Shown piece by piece: positions 59,471 through 64,000 of a DNA stretch of 64,000 bases. The notes below the pieces were generated by a model. The model ran no database searches. It was not told the DNA's origin and worked only from the letters and a program-made list of their open reading frames with translations. The stretch's first letter is position 1; each line of letters starts with the position of its first letter. A program made the position numbers and the translations under genes. Source of the DNA: Nanobdellota archaeon (GTDB lineage Archaea > Nanobdellota > Nanobdellia > Pacearchaeales > GW2011-AR1); contig JBBSXC010000003.1 of assembly GCA_038045945.1 (NCBI GenBank), forward strand, positions 64,001-128,000. Direction: 5' to 3'.

Positions 59471-59884
59471 TTAGTATTCTGTACCGTAATGAAGTGATTC
59501 CGCAGGATTATCCATTAAGGCCGTTCTTTGTTCTTCAGTAAGATCTAACATTTCAGTAATCTGACAACGAACCAAACGGTAAGGTTTATTATCAAGACTA
59601 GCCTCAGAGACCTTCATCAAAACCTCATACTCAGAAGGCGCATGAAAAAATAATGCTTTAGGACGATCAGAAACAACCCGAGGGAAAATTTCGTAAACCT
59701 CACAATAAACAGTCTCACTAATCCTCAAAGGAGTATCAATGCCACCCTTATCTAAACGATCAATAATACTAAGCCTAACCTTCTCAGCAACCCCCCTAGC
59801 CTCAATAGGGTCCTTACCACTACCGTTAATGTAAAGGTTTTCATTACCTCTTTCATCCATCTTACCTAATAACTTTAATTCCAT
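59471..59884 (-). CDS. hypothetical protein
   Basis: 137-aa ORF with upstream TATA-like element. Confidence 0.55.
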   Translation of the reverse strand: MELKLLGKMDERGNENLYINGSGKDPIEARGVAEKVRLSIIDRLDKGGIDTPLRISETVYCEVYEIFPRVVSDRPKALFFHAPSEYEVLMKVSEASLDNKPYRLVRCQITEMLDLTEEQRTALMDNPAESLHYGTEY

Positions 59885-60006
59885 CAAAAAGTACCAAGAA
59901 TTAAGCCTTTAAAACCTTATGATGTTTAAAGAAAAACTACAAAAGATCGTTAATGAGACTTGCACAATAACTTTAAATATCATCAGAAACATTATAAAAT
60001 CGTTAT

Positions 60007-60224
60007 CCCCTGGTAGCTCAGTGGTAGAGCGGTCGGCTGTAGAATAATACTTCAAGATTTTACAATCTTGAGGCCCTAAAATCCCAAGGATTTTAGAGTT
60101 CTAACACGGACAGACCAACAATGATTGGTTTATGTATGAAGTGCGATTAGCCGAATGATCAAGTTCACATTTGGAAAGAAATGCAGAACCCGACAGATCC
60201 CCGGTTCAATCCCGGGCCGGGGGA
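60007..60224 (+). tRNA. tRNA-Tyr(GTA) with 146-nt intron (60043-60188) at position 37/38
   Basis: Acceptor CCCCTGG/CCGGGGG plus A73; D arm GCTC/GAGC; anticodon stem GTCGG/CCGAC with GTA at 60039-60041; T arm CCCGG-TTCAATC-CCGGG; BHB helix CTGT/GCAG with AGA and AAC bulges; no encoded CCA. Confidence 0.93.
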
Positions 60225-60293
60225 TAAAAAATATAATATTCTAAAGTTTAACAAAAAGGAAAGAATTAAAAGGCTAGTTTTCTTACGCGAGAA

Positions 60294-62150
60294 ATGGCTA
60301 AAACAAACAAAAAAGCAGAGGAAGAAAAAACAGAAGAAAAAAGCAAAGAGGAAACAATAATTTATCACGACAAAAACCTAAAAATAGTAGAAGAATTCTC
60401 AAAAAACGATAGTAAAATACTAGAAAAAATCAAGAATAAACAATTCGAAGAAAGAAAAACCTTCGATATAAGAATGAAAGCAGAACAAGCAGCACATAGC
60501 GCAGAAATAACAAAACTAATATCGTACCCAATAATAAAGAAGAACCTAGCATACAACCTACCGCACCAACAAGAAGGAGCACTAAAAATACTAAAAGACT
60601 TTGACGGAAGAGCACTACTAGCAGACGAAGTAGGCCTAGGAAAAACAATAACTGCTGGAATGGTGCTAAAAGAATGCATAATGAGAGGATTCGTAAGAAA
60701 AGCACTAATACTAACACCACCGTCTCTGGTAAACCAGTGGAAAGAAGAACTAGAAACAAAATTCGAACTAAAATTTGTTGAAGTAAACAAAGAATCAGAA
60801 TGGGAAAACGCACAGTTAGCAATAGCATCAATAGACAAAGTAAAAAACTTCAACACAAAAACAAACGAATTCAAACACACAAAAGCACACGAAATATACT
60901 GGGACATAATAATAATTGATGAAGCACACAAACTAAAAGACAAAAAAACTTATAGGTGGAGGTTCGTAGACAAACTACAAAAGAAAAGACTATTATTACT
61001 AACAGCAACACCATTCCAAAACGACCTAATAGAACTATACAACCTATTATCATTACTAAAAAGAGGACACTTAGGAACAATAAGCGAATTTCGATCAAGC
61101 TTCCTGGTAAACGGAAACGAAAGACAACCACTAAACCCAAGAGAACTAAAACAAAAACTATCAGAAGTAATGATAAGAAGAAGAAGAGACGAAGTAAAAG
61201 GAATAAAATACATGAAAAGAATACCAAAAATATACTCAATAGACCTAAGCTGGCAAGAAAGAAGAGCTTATGAGCAAGTAGTAGACTTATTACTAGCACA
61301 CTACCTAGACTTCAAAGGAGAAGCAATAAACACCAACCTAGCAGCATACTCAGTCCTGCCAAAAATCACAAGTTCATCAAGATCATCGGTAGAATTCTTA
61401 GAAAACATAAGTGAAAGCCCAAAATACCACACAACAACAAAAGAAATAGCAAGAGAAATAATAAAATATTTTGAAGAAATAAAACACGACACAAAAATAG
61501 AAAAATTATTATGGTTAATAGACGAAATAAACAAAAAAGACAAAGGAGGGAAAATATTACTATATACTAAACACCCAACAACACTAAGATACATAGCAGA
61601 AATGCTAAGAAAACAAAAATACAAAATAACAGAATTCAGAGGAGGACTAACAAACGATGAAAAAACAGCAAGAATAAAAGAATTCAAAGAAAAAACACAA
61701 ATACTAATAAGTACAGAAACAGGGGCAGAAGGACTAAACTTTCAATTCTGCTCAAACTTAATAAATTATGATTTACCATGGAACCCAATGTCAGTTGAGC
61801 AAAGAATAGGAAGACTAGACAGAATAGGACAAAAAAAGAACATTTACGTATACAACCTAGCAACAAAAGACACAATGGAAGAACACGTAGTAGACCTAAT
61901 AATAAACAAAATGTGCTGCATTGGTCTCGTAATGGGAGAATTACCAATAATACTATTCAATATGGGACTGGACTCAAACGGCAAAGGAGGAGGAAACAAA
62001 TTCGAAGAAAAAGTAATGAACGCATTCCTAGACTCAAAAAACAACCTAAACAAGTTCGCAAACGAAATAGACAAAGTAGGAATGGAAATAAACAAAGGAA
62101 TAAAAGACTACGAACAAACAAAAAAATACACTTCGGAGTTATTAGACTAA
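60294..62150 (+). CDS. SNF2-related helicase (YqhH-like)
   Basis: LLADEVGLGKT, DEAH, LTATP.QN, TETGAEGLNFQ, YDLPWNP, QRIGRLDRIGQ. Confidence 0.92.
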   Translation: MAKTNKKAEEEKTEEKSKEETIIYHDKNLKIVEEFSKNDSKILEKIKNKQFEERKTFDIRMKAEQAAHSAEITKLISYPIIKKNLAYNLPHQQEGALKILKDFDGRALLADEVGLGKTITAGMVLKECIMRGFVRKALILTPPSLVNQWKEELETKFELKFVEVNKESEWENAQLAIASIDKVKNFNTKTNEFKHTKAHEIYWDIIIIDEAHKLKDKKTYRWRFVDKLQKKRLLLLTATPFQNDLIELYNLLSLLKRGHLGTISEFRSSFLVNGNERQPLNPRELKQKLSEVMIRRRRDEVKGIKYMKRIPKIYSIDLSWQERRAYEQVVDLLLAHYLDFKGEAINTNLAAYSVLPKITSSSRSSVEFLENISESPKYHTTTKEIAREIIKYFEEIKHDTKIEKLLWLIDEINKKDKGGKILLYTKHPTTLRYIAEMLRKQKYKITEFRGGLTNDEKTARIKEFKEKTQILISTETGAEGLNFQFCSNLINYDLPWNPMSVEQRIGRLDRIGQKKNIYVYNLATKDTMEEHVVDLIINKMCCIGLVMGELPIILFNMGLDSNGKGGGNKFEEKVMNAFLDSKNNLNKFANEIDKVGMEINKGIKDYEQTKKYTSELLD

Positions 62151-62154
62151 AAAA

Positions 62155-63135
62155 ATGGAAGAAAAAAACACAAAAAAACTAATACAAGAATTCTTCAAAG
62201 AAGCAGTAATAAAAGAAGAGAAAGAACTAATAACAATAAGTGAGGTAAAACCAGAATTTGAAGAATTCATAGGGAAAAAATCACCATACAAGCTAGTATT
62301 CGACATAGAAACACACAACAAAATAAGAGATAGCGAACTAATAATGCAAGGAAGCTACTTCTTACAAGCAATAAGAGACTACCTAAACGACAAGGGAGAA
62401 ACAAGCAAACAAAAAATATTAATAAAACCAGAAATTAATGAAATAAAAATACCTAAAGGGTACAAAGTAGAAGAAATAAAAGAAGAGGGGTTGCAATACT
62501 TCGCAGAATTAACATTCTTAACAACGTACCAATACCTAAACGAAAAAAAACAAATAATAAGAAAAACAATAACAAAAGGAAAAGAAATACTTGAAATAAA
62601 AACAGAAGATTATAAGACACAAGAGGGAATAAACCAAGAATTAGAAAATACTGGACTAGATGAAGAATACAAAACAGCAAAAAACAAGCTAAAAACACAA
62701 ATAAATAGTGAAACAAAACAAATAAGGTCACACTTGAGAGAAAAACTAGAAAAAGAGTTAGAAAGAATAAGAACACACTACCATAAACAAATAAAAGAAA
62801 AAGATGAAGAATTAGAAAGATGCGAAGAAAAAATAAAGAAGCTAAAAAGCAAACTAAAACACACATATTATGACAGAGACATAAGAATACTAACCATGCT
62901 AATAAAAGAATCAATTGAAAGACTAGAAAACCTAAAAAAGAAAAGTTATAAAGAAAGACTAATAGCAGAAGAAAAATTCCACTTAGTAGACGCAATAGAA
63001 AAACACGTACTATCAATAAAAAATAGTCTAATGAACATAACAATATTCTACTACCAAACTTACGAATTAACAATAAAGAAAGAAGGAAAAACAAAAAAGA
63101 TTATTTATGACCCAATACTAAAAAAGCAAGAATAA
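62155..63135 (+). CDS. coiled-coil partner of SNF2 helicase (YqhG-like)
   Basis: Starts 4 nt after the helicase stop; 'ELIMQGSYFL', 'ELERIRTHY', 'YDPIL'. Confidence 0.6.
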   Translation: MEEKNTKKLIQEFFKEAVIKEEKELITISEVKPEFEEFIGKKSPYKLVFDIETHNKIRDSELIMQGSYFLQAIRDYLNDKGETSKQKILIKPEINEIKIPKGYKVEEIKEEGLQYFAELTFLTTYQYLNEKKQIIRKTITKGKEILEIKTEDYKTQEGINQELENTGLDEEYKTAKNKLKTQINSETKQIRSHLREKLEKELERIRTHYHKQIKEKDEELERCEEKIKKLKSKLKHTYYDRDIRILTMLIKESIERLENLKKKSYKERLIAEEKFHLVDAIEKHVLSIKNSLMNITIFYYQTYELTIKKEGKTKKIIYDPILKKQE

Positions 63136-63174
63136 TCTAACATTTTATATACCTTTTAAACCTTTAAGTCAGTA

Positions 63175-63651
63175 ATGAAGAGGTCGTTTTTTAATTCGAA
63201 ATCTAAAAAAGTGAATAAAAGATTTTTTGATTTCAATAAAGAAATAATAACAGCAGAAATAGGCGCAATAATCGGCGCACCAATAGCATCAACAATAGCA
63301 GCAAGAGTATCAAGCAACCCCTCAATAATATCAGGATGGGCAGTTGTAGGAGGAATGATAGGAGGAGGATTATTCTGGCTAATAACAAGACTAAGAGACC
63401 ACATAAAAGAAAAACAATATGCTAAGAAAAAATTATTAAAAGACATATTATACATCGTGCCCATGAATGCAGCAGCAAGTTGGACGGTGTATCAACCAAC
63501 ACTATTCTTCCTATCAAGATACTTACTAACACTAAAAGTAGCAGTAGTACCAGCAGTACTCACAAGCCAAATAATAGGATTTTCATTATACTTATGGGTT
63601 CTGGACACTTACAGAACATGGGTTGACAAAAAATTCAAAAAAAACCTATAA
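63175..63651 (+). CDS. membrane protein
   Basis: About 4 hydrophobic segments. Confidence 0.65.
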   Translation: MKRSFFNSKSKKVNKRFFDFNKEIITAEIGAIIGAPIASTIAARVSSNPSIISGWAVVGGMIGGGLFWLITRLRDHIKEKQYAKKKLLKDILYIVPMNAAASWTVYQPTLFFLSRYLLTLKVAVVPAVLTSQIIGFSLYLWVLDTYRTWVDKKFKKNL

Positions 63652-63717
63652 GACTGATATAACCGATAAGTAATAACACACACAAGGTTTTATAAAGTTG
63701 GAGTTCCTAATTCATTA

Positions 63718-63978
63718 ATGGAATTTGATGATAACAAGCTGGCAAGTCTATTCTCTGATAAGTCTAAAAGAAAATCATTAACATCAAGACAAAAAATATA
63801 TTTTTGGGAAAACCCAAGACAATACACTAGAACATGCAGTATATGCCAAGAAAGAATTATAAAAATACCAGATGTTGAAATAGACAGAACTAAAGAATTC
63901 TCGAGCAACAACAACAAACTATTACTAACTCACAAAGAATGCAACAGAATGATAATGAAAGCAGAAAAAAGAAACTAA
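63718..63978 (+). CDS. small HNH-like zinc-finger protein (degenerate)
   Basis: CSIC...EIDR...LTHKECNR; the usual IDH reads IDR. Confidence 0.55.
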   Translation: MEFDDNKLASLFSDKSKRKSLTSRQKIYFWENPRQYTRTCSICQERIIKIPDVEIDRTKEFSSNNNKLLLTHKECNRMIMKAEKRN

Positions 63979-64000
63979 TCTCTCTTTCCCTCAACCACCA

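Noticed and set aside
195-63917. Numerous antisense or alternate-frame ORFs rich in Leu/Phe or Arg/Asn (e.g. 10574..11122, 21353..21709, 62453..63094)
   Set aside because: Shadows of real genes produced by the extreme codon bias; no motifs or promoters.
60007-64000. Integrated element at tRNA-Tyr
   Set aside because: No integrase, no duplicated tRNA 3' end in the window, and downstream genes have native codon usage.
1-64000. Bacterial (CPR) origin of the whole window
   Set aside because: BHB-intron tRNA-Tyr with C1:G72, archaeal TyrRS, Sfm1-like SPOUT and pervasive TATA-led leaderless genes point to an archaeon, and the composition style is continuous across the bacterial-type genes.

Overview
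AT-rich, gene-dense chromosomal segment of a small-genome archaeon, most likely DPANN (Pacearchaeota/Woesearchaeota-like). Archaeal markers: archaeal-type TyrRS, tRNA-Tyr(GTA) with C1:G72/A73 and a BHB intron, Sfm1/DUF431 SPOUT methyltransferase, TrmB regulator, COG1361 S-layer-like proteins, and TATA boxes about 22-30 nt upstream of mostly leaderless start codons. Housekeeping and stress genes (pyrG, tyrS, DEAD-box helicase, msrA/msrB, YbaK, ABC transporters, RRM proteins, DoxX, PEBP) are interspersed with many orphans. The main anomaly is a dispersed set of divergent but motif-complete homologs of bacteria-specific core machinery: a full-length DnaA-like initiator, an ECF sigma-70-like factor, FabH and PlsX. 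All four have native-looking codon usage and TATA-like elements upstream. Also notable: an unannotated structured RNA of about 230 nt with its own TATA box, upstream of a 49-aa ultra-basic peptide; a 146-nt structured tRNA intron; a strong A/C strand bias independent of gene orientation; and candidate operators next to two regulators. I saw no CRISPR array, rRNA, integrase or transposase. All family calls come from motif recognition by eye, not database searches. Several start codons were moved downstream from the ORF track, based on TATA spacing or gene overlaps.
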